Positions 47,965 through 61,213 of a stretch of DNA of 64,000 nt are shown piece after piece (position 1 is the stretch's first letter; each line of letters opens with the position of its first letter). Made by a program: the position numbers and the translations under genes. The notes under the pieces were generated by a model that was not told the origin of the DNA, did not search any database, and worked only from the letters and a program-made list of their open reading frames with translations. The DNA is taken from positions 124,001 through 188,000 of the forward strand of contig NMRA01000560.1 of the NCBI GenBank assembly GCA_002633005.1, given 5' to 3'. Source of the DNA: Phoronis australis (Eukaryota > Animalia > Phoronida).

Positions 47965-49730
47965 ACAAAGGTGATGGTTATCATTTGCAGCTGTATAAAG
48001 GATAACATTTGGCTAGGAGAGCCCGCTGCTAGCCCTGAGCTGGGATGAGATTGGTATTTGAGTGCGATTACACGTTGCTGATAAAGTAATCAGCTTCACT
48101 GATCTTTTAAAAAAATAATCGGCCAAGAAGCAATCTGTGCGGCAAAAAGCCGCACAATTTACCGGGTTTTTTTATAGAAATCATGCACGCATCCCCCTAA
48201 AAATAGTGGTTTCACGAATTTTTCAGAACGGGGGCCTTTTACTAAAAAACGGGTTACTTTCAGAGCTTTGAATTGAGCACTCTACGAGTTCCTGTCTTTT
48301 TAATGGACTTTTGTCTCGTTTCCTACCTTTCGGACATCTTGTTTCTCTGGGGCGAACCTTTTTGCCCAAATCGCCAAATGGGGGGCGAAGTTCTCGCCTG
48401 CATGGAATGCACGTCCACTCACATTATCTGCACTGTGCTACTAAACACTGAGACCGGAAAAATTTACACGACGAACACTATCTTAAATCGGACGTCAAAA
48501 GCAATGACTAGCAATTTTTGTGATTTTGATAACTGGGCTTCGTTTCTTCTGCTTCCTTTTCTTGCGAATCGTCTGTTTGTCGAAATATTTTTGAGCGGAC
48601 TCATCAAATGTCGTCGATTTCCATAACATATATGTTGCTTGGCAGTACCGGGTGAGCCGATGGACTTACTGTCCCGCCACCTTTTGGTTGAGTGGGATAC
48701 AGTTTCCGACTTTATCATGTGATAGCTATTTCGGAAGTGTGACCTACTTTACACAATTAACTCTAGGTTAACCTCGACAGCGTTACTAGAGACACGTTTA
48801 TGCCTCAAACATTTTCCTCGATGGAGTCATGTCTACGAAACAAAGCAGTGTGTAGGTGATGTGGAGCCCAGTGTAAAAGGCATCTACATCCTCTACTTGC
48901 AGATCAAGGTGAGGAAACCCTGTGAACATTGGTAGAGTGGCCCATAACGCCTTACCCAGCTACATGTACGTTAATTGTTAATTCTGTGGCATTTTTCCGG
49001 CGTTACACCTGTATCTGTACTGTTCGTCATTCTCGCTGGTAAGACTTTGCCCTTAACGTGGTAGGGATTATTCTCTCAAATGCCTAACTATTTATAATGC
49101 ATGCATTTCTGGATATAACGTACAATTACGTGAATGTGTGAATACTTGAGGGTCACCCAGTACATGGCACGTAAACCGGGTTTAGCCTCATTCGTTGACA
49201 ACAACTCGGAGAAGATATGACGCGGCTTTTGTGGTTGTCAGTTTCTCGCAGAATGTAAGTTGTTCTTTCGAAGTCCAATTGGCTGTTGTGTAGCCCGGCT
49301 GCAGTGCCAAATGATGTTACAAACATGACCTCATACAAACGCTGTACAGTGCTCTAAATACTCGCAGTGTTTTACTACATGTATCTTACCAAGCAATGTT
49401 CTCCTATTTTCGACCAAGCTCTCTGCGCAGAATACTCAGAGAGTAAAGAGCTGGCAAGCCTTGCTGATTTTTCGACTTGAAACCCTGGGATGATCCAAGG
49501 AGATTTGAAAAATCTTTTAACTCCAAGTCTTCATTGCTCGCTGTGGTTAATCTCCTTCGTGTTCAACGACCCTGTTTTAATTTGATGGATATGTTGCAAA
49601 GTCTGACGTAGAATTCCGTGATCTAACCTATCTTAAGGCCATTGGGAAGTATTGTTTTTTCTGGTCCAACTTTCATTTACCCGGAATAGAAATACGTCTT
49701 GTAACGTACTGGTACGGCTAATAAATCATT

Positions 49731-49885
49731 CATAGGCGGATCCGGGGAGGTCAAGGGGGTTCGGACCCCCTTTTTCTTTTTTTTAGTGACATCAAATCTA
49801 GAATCTTCAAATTGTTGAGTTGGACCCCTTTTCAGAAAACCCTTGATCCGACCCTCCCTTTTAGAAAATCCTGGATCCTTCCGTG
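49731..49885. mobile_element. hAT-type MITE remnant
   Basis: cataggcggatccggg ... cctggatccttccgtg. Confidence 0.5.
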
Positions 49886-51029
49886 TCACAGCACTGTTTC
49901 TTGGAACTTCTAATCGCCTTACTGCATGATTTTTGCGTGCTTTGAATTATAAGCGTAATATGTTATCGTTTGGAAATAATCGTATCATTTGATAACACAT
50001 CCAGATTGTGAAACTGCAGGAAAATATCTACCTCTCGTTTCGTTATTGCTTAACAGCACCAGGTTGTGTTCCAGTTACGGATTTCTGCGTGTGGGCACTT
50101 TTAACGTATGATGCCTTGTATGGCTCAGAAGTGGATCGCTATTTTGGCAAATGTGTGCACGTTGGGTGAAAATGTTTATGGATCATATTTTTCCTATCAC
50201 AATAGAGGAGAGATATAAATAGGGGTCTTTTCATGAAACGTCCCTAATGTAAGGACTTAGTCCTCATTTGTCACAGTTTTCAATGAAATCGTGGTTCCCT
50301 TTTCACATGCATTATTAGAAAATTTCATAAGTAGAAGAGGAGCTCGTGAGAAATACAAATTAAAAGAAGGATGTATCATTAGTTCGTGCCCAAATTCTAC
50401 AAATGCGCTGAAAATTTAGGGGAGATGGTTGAGTCCCTATTGGGACTGTTTCATGCAACCAAAAACTCATCTGCTTTGACGCTTTTCATCTGCAGCTTTT
50501 CTCAAAGCAAAAATTATAGTGTTTAAACCACAAGTGATTTTTGTATTGACTTATCTTATCACACTGCGCAAGTGTAAAACAAATCAAGTCCGACATTTAA
50601 GTCACTTTCTTTATTTGCTACCATGGAAATGTAGTCACAGATAGTCTTGAAGCACTTTATACAAGAATTTCTCTTGGGATAAGTTTCCTGAAGAGTGACT
50701 TGGCTTAAGTCAGAAATTTACCCTTACGCTCCAAACGGCTCTTTCCGAAAAACAATGTGATCTCACTTCAGATGAAAAGTGTCTGAGAGTAGTTCCAAAA
50801 TTGATAATTAGCCAAACTTGTGTTAAACCTTGCTCGATTGTGTCTGTGTCAACAGCGAAGTGGAAGCGGAAGACAACATTATGCTTAAAGGAAACTTATC
50901 ACGAGTCACGTGATTGCAAACGTGCAACATCAACCATCAACGACATTTATTTTATCCTGTTATTTTTCAGACCAATGTACATTAAACAGAAGTGACACTG
51001 CTAGCTAGTGACGTCATCTTTGCTCATCG

Positions 51030-51492
51030 ATGGATGTATATACCAAATTCGTCACGCATGCGCCGTTGGCGCCAGCCTTGATAAACAACACCGTCACAGA
51101 CCTTACAAAAGTGTTGACCATCATTAGCTGTACCTCTTCCATTATTGGTGCTTTGGCAATTTTTGCCATTTATCTCAAGTGTCCCAGTATACGGACTACG
51201 AGTAAGGAGCTCATAGTTTATCTCTCTGTTGCTGACCTCCTCACGGCGTCCGGCAACCTTGTTGGAATCGTGCGTTACATATCTACCGAAGCTAACGCCT
51301 CGTACATCTATGCAGGGAACAGTTCGGATCCATTGTGCATTGGACAAAGTGTTGTTACCACGTACTCCAGTATGTGTTCATTTTTCTGGACAGCTGCTAT
51401 ATCGTTCTTCATCTTGATGCCCGTTGCCAGGCGCTACATGTTCGGACGGAAATTTCACGTCAGTTGTCACGTCATGTGCTGGTTTGTTCCAG
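51030..51492 (+). CDS. GPR157: GPR157-like B exon 1
   Basis: MDVYTKF...LIVYLSVADLLTASGN...SFFWT...CWFVP G|gtaaaa. Confidence 0.9.
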
Positions 51493-54400
51493 GTAAAACA
51501 CTTGACCTATGACTCACTGCGTGATTTTGATAAAAGTAGCTTTTAACTTAAGTTTCTGCTTTCCTAAACGGAAATGACGTTAGCATTTTGTTTTAGATTG
51601 TTGCATTATGTACAGATGGGCTTAAACCTGCACAGGTGGACTATCAAGTCCTAATCTCGCCGGGTGCACGGTGCGCATGCGTGCGTAGAAATTTGCATCG
51701 TTTTGTTCCGGTCGTCAGATGAGAACAGAAGCTAGCATGGACGCCCGTGGTTGATCAGTTGGAGGTAACTCTGGACTTTTAAAGCTTGCGTAGGTAATCG
51801 ATAAACCCAAGTATTGTATTTACCACATATACTCCGAGGAATTCCTATTGCTAAAGGTTATTTTTTTCACCAGTATTCCTAATCTGCGATTCTTCAAACT
51901 GCGCTGTGAAAAAGTTTACAAACGCTCATGTTCCCATAATCGTCGTTGGCGTTAGCGTTAACGATAGCCTTAACGTTAGCGTTATTATGCATAAAAAATG
52001 TCTGAACCCACACTCTGGCTTGACATTTCAAGTAGTTTCCGACGTCCATCACCAGAAAAACATGGATGAAAATCCGGTTTTTTCCTATAAAAAGACACTA
52101 AAGCCGAATTTCTCATTCATTTCTCAGAAACAAAATAATATACATGTACTCTGTAACCATCGCCAACTCGCAAAAGTTTGGAAACTTTTTGAAAACTCAT
52201 TACATAGTGTGTTAAACGGGCAAACGTGACAGCACTCTTCTTTTATTGAATTGACTATCACATTTCTTCCTCTATTGAATACGCCTTGCTACGACATTGT
52301 TCACTAACGCACTCAAAGTAAATCAAAATGTTTGTATAGTACTGTGTAAATATTCTTTTCAGTGTCGTTTGCGAGAATTGTCGTGTGCCTGTTCAAGAAG
52401 TGATGCCAGACATCACTAGCGGAATTCGTACAGCAGATACCTGATGGAGTTAATTCGCGACATTACAGCACTGACTGGGAACCCCTTGGTGACGGTGTGG
52501 TTCTGATCACCCCCTCTTCCGACTTTCTTTCATTACCTGAGTAAGCCAATGAGGAACACGCCTTCCGGACTATCTGCATTGTTCGATATTGCGCACTGCC
52601 TAGGTTGGTTTCAGTGTTGCAGAGAGAAGTTGTACTGTTTTCTATCTGCCAAGGCGCACCAAATCCAAACACTGGTTGGCAAGTCACGTGGTACACTCAC
52701 CACACTGCGAAAGATGGACAGTACCCGTTTGCAGAGCTGGAAAGAGACTTTCTCTTGATGAGGAATACCACATGTACCGTGTTGAATGTCTGGGATATGG
52801 TTTGCTGTACTACTGTTTCCAAGGCTTTGGTAGTAGTGAGGCAGTAGGACCTATTAATTGATTTCACTAACTTTTATTTCACAGCCAGGTCGCATCACAA
52901 ATTCAGTGTTTGTAGAAAGTGTCATTACGAAGTACATGTAAAAAATATAATGAATTCTCATATGCGCAGAGTATCTTTTTGGCATTATCGTCTCATTAAT
53001 ACCTTTGAGTTTGCCTTTGACAACAGCCACTGAAGCCCGACTTTTTCATTAGCTAAATTACATTAGCATTGTTATTTCTCATTTTGCTGTCATTCACTAA
53101 TGTATTAGCCGCCTTGTCACAAACAAATTTGGTCATGCGTAATAATTTACCATTAGCACTTCAGAACTAGTAAAAACTGCCAGGAATGTCTTTGACTCCA
53201 CTGTGTATCCCTCATGCTCTTATCAATGAACACATTGTGTGGTTAGTTAAAGTCTCTGCTTCCAGCTTCAGTGTTAGGACAAAGGATAAACTCAAAACAA
53301 TGTTTCCAGTTAGCAACATTGCAGAGAGCTTTTCTTTCAGCATAACAACCGCATCATATGTGATCAGTGATAGGGTTGGCACCACACTTCAGGCTGATAA
53401 TCATCAGATCTTTTGGTCAAATCCAAACTACCATTTGTTCTGCAAAACGACCACTGTTTAAGTGAAGAAACAGATGGACTTGACACTAAGGCTCATGTCT
53501 TTGACACACAGGAAAGTGTGGGTCTTTTTTGGCCATGCTAAAGGAGCTACTGTTGCTTCAAGGATGTCTGAAAGCATGAAAGAGCATGGCATCCCCGTGG
53601 ACAGGCTGCTAACGTGGGTGAGAGATGGTCCAAATGCGGACACGACAGTCTTTCATAACCTACAAGAATTGATTAAGACAGAACACAACACTTCTGGTGG
53701 ATTGTAGGACTTAGGTGGTTGCATTCTTCATAATGTCCATAATGCGTTTGGCAAAGATTTGGAAAGTTATGGTAAGGAGATTGGTCACCTTTGCCTCGAT
53801 ATTCATGCTCTGCTCAAGTATATTTCTGCGCGTCGGGAAGACTACCAAGATCTTCAAAGAACGATGGAAAGTGATCTCTTCCTCTTCGAGCAACATACAG
53901 AAGTAAGGTGGCTGAGTCTTGGAAGCGCCATCAAGAGAATCCGTGTACAGTGGGATTGTATCTGCAGCTTCGTTGAGGAGCTAGGAAAGAACGATATGGT
54001 TGAGCCGAAAATTTAAAGCTACAAAAGAGTCGCTTGTATTTTATCGGGTGGACACAGGCAGGAAACTAGTATACATCTTGACTTTTTGAGCTACGTTGCT
54101 TCTGTGTTTGAAGAGTTCCTGTGCCACGTCTAGCCTTCGCCCCCTACTATCCATTTGGTTTATGAGCACATGTGCAGCACACTGTTGAAGCTGATGAGGA
54201 GCTGCTTGAAAGATAACGAACTAAGTTGTACTGGAGCAGACTGGAGCAGACTGGAGCGCTGTGCATGTAAAGGAGTTGAAGCTACACTTGTAAGACAAGG
54301 AACTGGTCACTGGTGAGAGTACACGAAGGGAGCTAGAGAAAGTACTGAAGCCAAAGCCTGAGGTGAAGAAGTCGATCTTATGAGGAATGCACTTTTTCTT

Positions 54401-57400
54401 CATTGTTTCCTTGCAGTACCTCCAGAGCCTCTTGGATCTTCACAACACACTGTTGAGGGATTGGGGCTGCCGGAGTCCTCTGAGACGGAGTGGCGAGGAA
54501 GGTGCAACTAACTGCTGACATGTCTTGAATGGTTGATGAAAAGAAAATGTTCATGCGTCATTGCCACCATATGATTACAGTGCTGCAGTTGGAGATTTCT
54601 GGAATGGTGTCTTTTCACTGAGAGGTGTGGACGGAAGACATGGCGGAGTTTTCCCGTTCAGCGACTTTACCAGATGTAGAGGGTTGTAAGCGTGTTATAA
54701 CATCTAACTTCTTTGTTAACTGCCAAGCACAGTCTTTAACCAGGTATGACAACAGGCAGGCCAATTATCTACCAGGCTTATTACTGACCACGTGTGAACA
54801 CAGTTAAACCCAGAGCGATGGTATGTTTGGAAAGAATAGATTGTCGTAACTTCGGTTGTAGTTGGGCGATTTTGGTGATTCAAAAACTAAGCATGATCAG
54901 CATTTGACAAGGAATCCAGAAATTCTATTGGTTTATGTTCAAATATGTTATTACTTAACTTTAATTTTTAGCAGCAGAGCCCAGTCAGGCTAGATACGAT
55001 CTGATCGGAGATTAGAGCAATTATCGAACAAAAGAGATCTGGCCCTCCAACCATAAATACCAGAATAGAGTTAATCAGTCGTGTAAGATATTGGCTACGG
55101 GGGTCATCTTCCCAACTTGTTGTTGGGCTGTGGAATCGAACAAGTTGGGAGCAACGGGAAAACGCCGTAATGGTTAGATATGAAATGCTCCCACCAATAG
55201 TGAAAGCTGACCTCGCCCTCGCCCAAACTAATGCCGAGTCGGAAAGAAGCCAGTCCATTAGTTTTCGCGTTCTTTCTAAAGATCAAACTTGTATTGGTGA
55301 AGCAACCACAGTAAGTCTCCGCACTTTGAAGGAAGCTGTTAAGTTTTATGATCCTGAGAGAACTGCATTGACCAGGGAGCTCAGATTGGTCTACAAATCT
55401 GCACATTCAAATTACCATGCACTACCAGAAGAAGAGAGACAAGAACATTAGCATTTACGACAAGAACCGCAAGCAAGGAAACTTGAATTGGGGATGGCAC
55501 AGAAACAACAGGAAAAGTTGAAACGTGCTAAAACTTTTTGAGTAAGAAACCGATCTCGCTAAAGAAGAAAAATGGTCTTCGGAGAAATGAAGGCTGAGGA
55601 TGAGCTCATGACTATTTCATCAGCTGTCTCCAAGCAAACAATGACTGTTGCATCCATGGTATTCCACTTTGCAACAGCAAAACGTCATGAACTAAGTAAA
55701 TGCATCGACGGAATCCGTGGAAAACGAAAGCATCATGAAAGAAAAACACATCAGCTTCTTGAAAAAGCTATGTCAAGTGGCCTGAAGAAATTCAAGAAAG
55801 CATAGACTGCGTGCCCACTTTCGCTGAAGAAATTAATTAGTTAAATTTAAATTACAAATTGTCTATTGAGCGTTCCTTATGTAGACTGATGTGTAGAATA
55901 CAGTTGTTTTGTGGTTTGAAGCTCATTTGTTTTTGTTTTGTTTTTTTTTTGTTTTTGCAGAGACAACAACGTAAAGATGTTCCTATTTTGTCATTATTTG
56001 TCTTCTTTTTTATTTTTACTGAAAATTTCCTACTTTCTTATTATTTTCAAAGCCTTATGTTATTTGACACCTTGCACATTGCTGTTAAACGTACGAGTCA
56101 CATGCGAAATTGAAGTCATGTACGAAAAATCGGATGGTGTAGACAAATGCCTTTCTAGTAACGTGTTTGAACAATGTGCGAAAAGTTCGTGACGTACGTA
56201 CGAGGTGTGGCGGAAGTGTGGGCAATACGCTGCACAGAATTGTTGGACGTACCTTCAGCAACCATATTAATTTGCCTCATAAGAGGAGTTAAATGGGTGC
56301 CTTTGCTAATGGTTCTGGTTCACCATGTTTCTGATGTGATATTGGGATGTCGTGGTCCAGGTTGGCGAATAGTGTGATCGATTGCTGTGATGGACATTTC
56401 TTTACTCCGTTGTAGGCATTATCGTGACGACGGCGGCATGTCGGGGTAAACTGGGTGAAGACCGTGCCCATACGAGCGGTGGCTGGTGTTGGATTAACGG
56501 TAGTTTACCACCAAGTGATCGACTTGCCTGGATGATCTTCACGGGCAAGGGGTGGGAATTGAGTGTGTACATCATCACGGCTGTTAACTACATTCTACTT
56601 AGGTACCTGTGGTATAAGGTACGTGGGAACTGGGTCACGGTGCATTCCTTCATTTACCCAGGTATCTTGAAATACCATTTTAGATAATTCGGTTTTCATT
56701 GCTTCTACTTTGACCTGTCAGACTGACACGAATACAAGCACATGCATTGACATTCCTATAAAGTTTTCAATGTTTTTGTAATTATAAAGCTGCTGGTAAT
56801 TACATCCCATTATGTAATTTATCAATTTTTAATTACACTGTATTGCTGTACCAGCAAGGCTTTTCTTACAGCCCTTACTATAGCAAGAAACACAGACTCT
56901 TCTTGTCACAATGGTCGCAGTGAACTCGTACAGGGATTGAAAGAGGTTCCCCTTTACGTCGATCAATGCATTTGGCGAATCTGCTCATTGGGTCCGTCTC
57001 AAAATCGGGAGCTACTCTGCTGTTGCAGCGCTAGTAATTGAGATGAACTTTTGTTGCTTAACATTTATTTGTTGTCGCTTTCGGGTGACAAAAGGCAGTG
57101 ACAATCTTACGCCATCTTTTGACATACCATTAAACTGTACCAGAAACAAGTGCACTTTTGATGTACGTCGATGTACAAATGTTTTGTTTGGTTCATTTAA
57201 ACTAATTTAGGAAACAATTTATTCATTTTCAGACCCTTAGCTTTTGGAATGGAAATTGAGCGTTTGTGATTAATGTATCTTTATTCCTTTCGACTGCGAG
57301 TAACCAGTACTCCTGCGCTCCTTCCTCCTTTAACCTTCGACGTTGTCATAGACTCTGCCATCTCTTGTCGCCATCGAGTCTTCCTTTTCTGGTCGATACA

Positions 57401-58628
57401 AAGTCTTCCCATTGTCGCCAATATAAGGACAGCGACGGCGGTGAATCAAGTTAAATTTCCTAGCCTGAAGCACACCGCAACCCCCGGTGAGGGTATGTTC
57501 AAACCACTGTCACCTTCCTTTTTACGGGCCTGGTCTTACCTTCTGTCACGATCAACATTTCATTAGCAAAAGGTGTGACCATTCATGTACATTATTTTTG
57601 GTTACTGTTTATCTCAATGTTGTTTCTAGCGCCAACATGCAGTCCCGTGGCCTCCAATCATCCACTACGAGGCAGACGAGCGCTACACGTTAAAGCAAGA
57701 AGACAAGAACTTTCTCTACGTGCCAGTGTTGCTGTATCTCCTTCGTTTTTGGGGAACCATCCGATTTGTTTTGTCTTTCTGTGGCGATAATGGTGACATA
57801 GACACTGTCTCCAGCGTCCTGCAACCACTTCACGTAGGTACAACATATGTACATACCTCTCGCAAACTTCACAGTTTTCGAAATATATATTACAATTGTC
57901 TGAGACACTGTATATACACGCTTCGGTAGATTACCCAGGTTAATGAAACCCAGACAAGAAACTTGGCAAGAGGAGATTTCACATCCGGGGCCGTCGTTTA
58001 GTCACTTGTTACGGGGACCATCTCCACGTCACTGACCTCAAGCTTGTAGGGCTATTCTTATGCGTTAGTTGGCACGGGAATACATAAAACATACCTCATA
58101 GTTGAACGTTGCAGGGCATATACCAGTGAAACATAGAGTTGCCAAAACCTGTTTCACGATTTTCCATTAATGACATCTGTTACATGAAACAGGTAGCAGG
58201 TCTCGAATGACATTTGATACACGAGGCGAGGGATTTTTAATATACATAACAATAGTTAGATTGGATGTAGGTTCTGTTCTCATGTCGAGGCGTTTTTATA
58301 TGCTTCAAAATGTCATACACGACGGTTACGATTAACTAAATGAATTCTAACAATTACCACAAAGCTGTCAATTTGTATCGAATTGCAGGGACTTGGTGAC
58401 AGCGGGCAGGCGTTCTGGAACTTCATTGTTTTCTTTCTCTTGGATTCTTCCGTTCGCTCTAAGTTGTGTATACAGGCGGTCAGTGACAGTGAGCTTGGTG
58501 AAACGACACTACTAGCCAATGAGAGAACACCGCTGATAACTGAGAACCGCGATGGAGGCTTTGGCTCTTCCGAAAGTCGTGCTGCCTCCCCCCAGATTGG
58601 TGATCACCATGGATACACTATTTCGTAA
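51030..58628 (+). CDS. GPR157: GPR157-like GPCR, paralogue B, ~369 aa
   Basis: join(51030-51492, 56416-56618, 57630-57833, 58389-58628); same motifs and same intron phases (1,0,0) as paralogue A. Confidence 0.88.
53186..55805 (+). pseudogene. Decayed hAT-superfamily transposase in GPCR B intron 1
   Basis: Fragments in order across stops and frameshifts: MFPVSNIAESFS, KKQMDL, RDGPNAD, GGCILHNVHNAFGK, SARREDY, EVRWLSLG, DFWNGVF, LALAQTNAESERSQS (hAT dimerization motif), then a coiled tail. Possible right end near 56220. Confidence 0.8.
54639..55172. mobile_element. 534-bp TIR element nested in the hAT transposase, with no TSD
   Basis: catggcggagttttcccgtt (54639-54658) / aacgggaaaacgccgtaatg (55153-55172). 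A partial second copy lies at ~17985-18330. Confidence 0.75.
56416..56618 (+). CDS. GPR157: GPR157-like B exon 2
   Basis: tag|IIVTTAAC...GGWCWING...GKGWELSVY...WYK|gtacgt. Confidence 0.9.
57630..57833 (+). CDS. GPR157: GPR157-like B exon 3
   Basis: tag|RQHAVPW...EDKNFLYVPVLLYLLRFWGTIRF...QPLH|gtaggt. Confidence 0.88.
58389..58628 (+). CDS. GPR157: GPR157-like B exon 4
   Basis: cag|GLGDSGQAFWNFIVFFLLDSSVR...GYTIS*. Confidence 0.88.
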   Translation, partial: GLGDSGQAFWNFIVFFLLDSSVRSKLCIQAVSDSELGETTLLANERTPLITENRDGGFGSSESRAASPQIGDHHGYTIS

Positions 58629-59412
58629 TGATCAGGATTAAAACTGAACTGTGTTATTTGTGTGCTTTTTGCTGTACCAATGATGCCATGACCTTGGTAA
58701 AGATCTACGAAAAGTGTTCATGACTTTTCAAAGTGCCGGGGATGAGAATGAGGCTGCTCAAATTTTGAAATGACTCGTTACTCTTCGTCTGTGTCATATG
58801 GTTCTCTCTGCCTGCATTACTCTCTTTCAACCAATACGTTGCAGTGAAGCGATGTAATTATCATTGAAGGGTTGTCGACGCATGTTGGTATTTCAACGCA
58901 GTACGTACAGAGTTCATTCAATTCTTTGCCCATACGATTTTAGCTATAATACGCGGTGTTCCTAAAATGTCTAATGACATCAAAGTTTTACCTGATAAAT
59001 ATTTATAATTTACAGGTCTGCGAAAAAGAGGTATTTCAAAACACTTGTGCCAAATACTCATGATCAAATATGATGTTTCGTGTTCTGTGGAGTCTTCAAT
59101 AGTGTTCACGTACTTATATAATAACTCTAGAGGTGATACATTAATATATTGTCTCAATGACCTTGTGCAGGTATATTTCAAGCACCTTTCAGTCACGCAT
59201 CAGAGAAACTGCACTTGACAAGACACTTTGTTTTTATGGTTATCATGTCTTCCCCTTTCATCTAGCGCTATTGTGGGATTTTGCGGAAGTTGTCACACCC
59301 AGTAACTGTTCACACGTTTGACGTCTTTTTGTTATTAGTGAAAGTAACAACAAAAGCGCTAGTATTTAAAACACCGTTCACAAGTGCTACGTTCACGTAA
59401 GTGACGAAGATT

Positions 59413-61213
59413 CTAGTAGTTTCATTGGCTAAGACGGTAGCGAAATAGCTAGCGTTTTAGCCAGACAGGCGAGCTGTCCGCGAAGGGAAAATTTTTGCCA
59501 GCTCTATGTTTGTTTCCTCACCAACCAAATTACCGTTAAGCAAATATTTATTTCGAAACGTCACAAAGATAAAAGAATAGCGTCTCATCCTTGCACATGT
59601 GTGTCCTTTGAGCCAAGCGGTTCGGCTATAAAGGTGCTAGCGGAAAGTGTCAGTAGTTTTTGGGTAACGCAAGCCTCTTGTAAAGCGCAAGGAAAAGTGG
59701 CCCTTGCGACCGTTCATATTGTTGTCGTTTTTGCTGGTAGCGAAAATGCTAGCGTTTTCGATATCACTTTCGTTGTTAGCAAAAACGTCAGTCATGTGGA
59801 CGGTTACAAGTGTCACTTTTACTGGAGGTTTGCTGGCGGTTTGAGTAACTCCGAAGCTGTTTATTTTCGCTAGAACTTTTGTAGTGAGACCCGTTATTTC
59901 AAAGGACAAACATTCGCAGAAGTCAGAGGCTTTTGGTGATCGTCACATTAATGAGTTTGAGTCAGTGCCGGATTTAGAAGGGGCAAGGGGGATAATTCTC
60001 CCGGGCCCCCTTCCAGAGGGTTTCCATTTTGAATGAAGAACTTAAAAATCATTGCGTAGCAATGGCGACCAAGATCTCCAAAACCGCGCCACTGCACCAC
60101 TTTTTTGGCTTACCTGTGTCTACGCTGGAAACCAAAACATCCATTTGGGCCTTTGATCTCTAGGTCAGTGTGGTTATTCGGTGTTCTTGCCCGTGCAAGT
60201 AATCCACTCCAGAACTAGGATTAGCAGCAGTAAACTTTCTCGGCGATGCCTCTGCCTGGAAGGAACGCACGATGCACCGATAGCTTCACTGTCCGTGCCT
60301 CAGAAGAGTAGGCCCTCATTTTCTAAAAAGGGGCGTGAAAAGCGGAGTTGTGCTGTACAAACCACCACCACCCATAGCGGTGCAAGATACTACACGTAGA
60401 CAAGACTCCCGTGAACTCCCAGGAGAGTTCTGACTGCAAGTGCACAATGACGTGGAGAGTTGTGCAGTTAATGCTACAAGTAGGCCTGTGTCAGACGCAA
60501 CATTTGATTCTGATCTTGCATCATGGTTTTCTGTCACAGAAAAACATATTTCGTTTTGGTCAAAATCATTCACGGTACGCCCTAACAAAAACGAATCTTG
60601 GCTCGTATCCAGAATGTCGTCGCCATTATCAGACAAGCAAAAGCACGGGGAAGATGTATGGACATAGCCGATATTTTCAGAAATCAAGGTTTCATACATT
60701 GATAACGAATAAGATATCTGTGTTTTATACTTGTTGTGACATTGGTGAGCACTACTTGCTGGAATTGTCTGGTTTTGGATGTTTAGTACAAATCTACACG
60801 AAACATTGATTACAGAATACATTGCAAAAGATAACTTGAATTTTGTTTCCAAACACGTTACTGTAGATATTAACTGCCAGAAATGCACTCGACTACAACT
60901 GGCACACGTGTCTGCTGCTGACTAGTAAAAGAAGCAATGTTGTAAACATGTTCACACATTTTCCCCGATCTTACTTAATCTACATTGCTAAGTGAGGGGT
61001 TCCCGCCCGTAAAGTGCCCCAGGCCCTCCAGGCATTGCAGAGAATGAACGTGTTTGCCATCAAATTCTGCTTAAAGGTTAAAGCGACTCGGGTGGATGAA
61101 AACAAACTAACTGCTTTCTAAAATGACCCCCACGAACAGCTCTTCTGTCTGGCTAAAACGCTAGCACTTTCGCTAGCGAAGCTGCTAGCGTTTTAGCCAC
61201 TCATGAACCTGGT
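59413..61213. mobile_element. ~1.8-kb degraded TIR element
   Basis: tggctaagacggtagcgaaatagctagcgttttagccagacagg (~59426-59470) is inverted at ~61135-61210; gctagcg motifs repeat internally. Confidence 0.55.
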
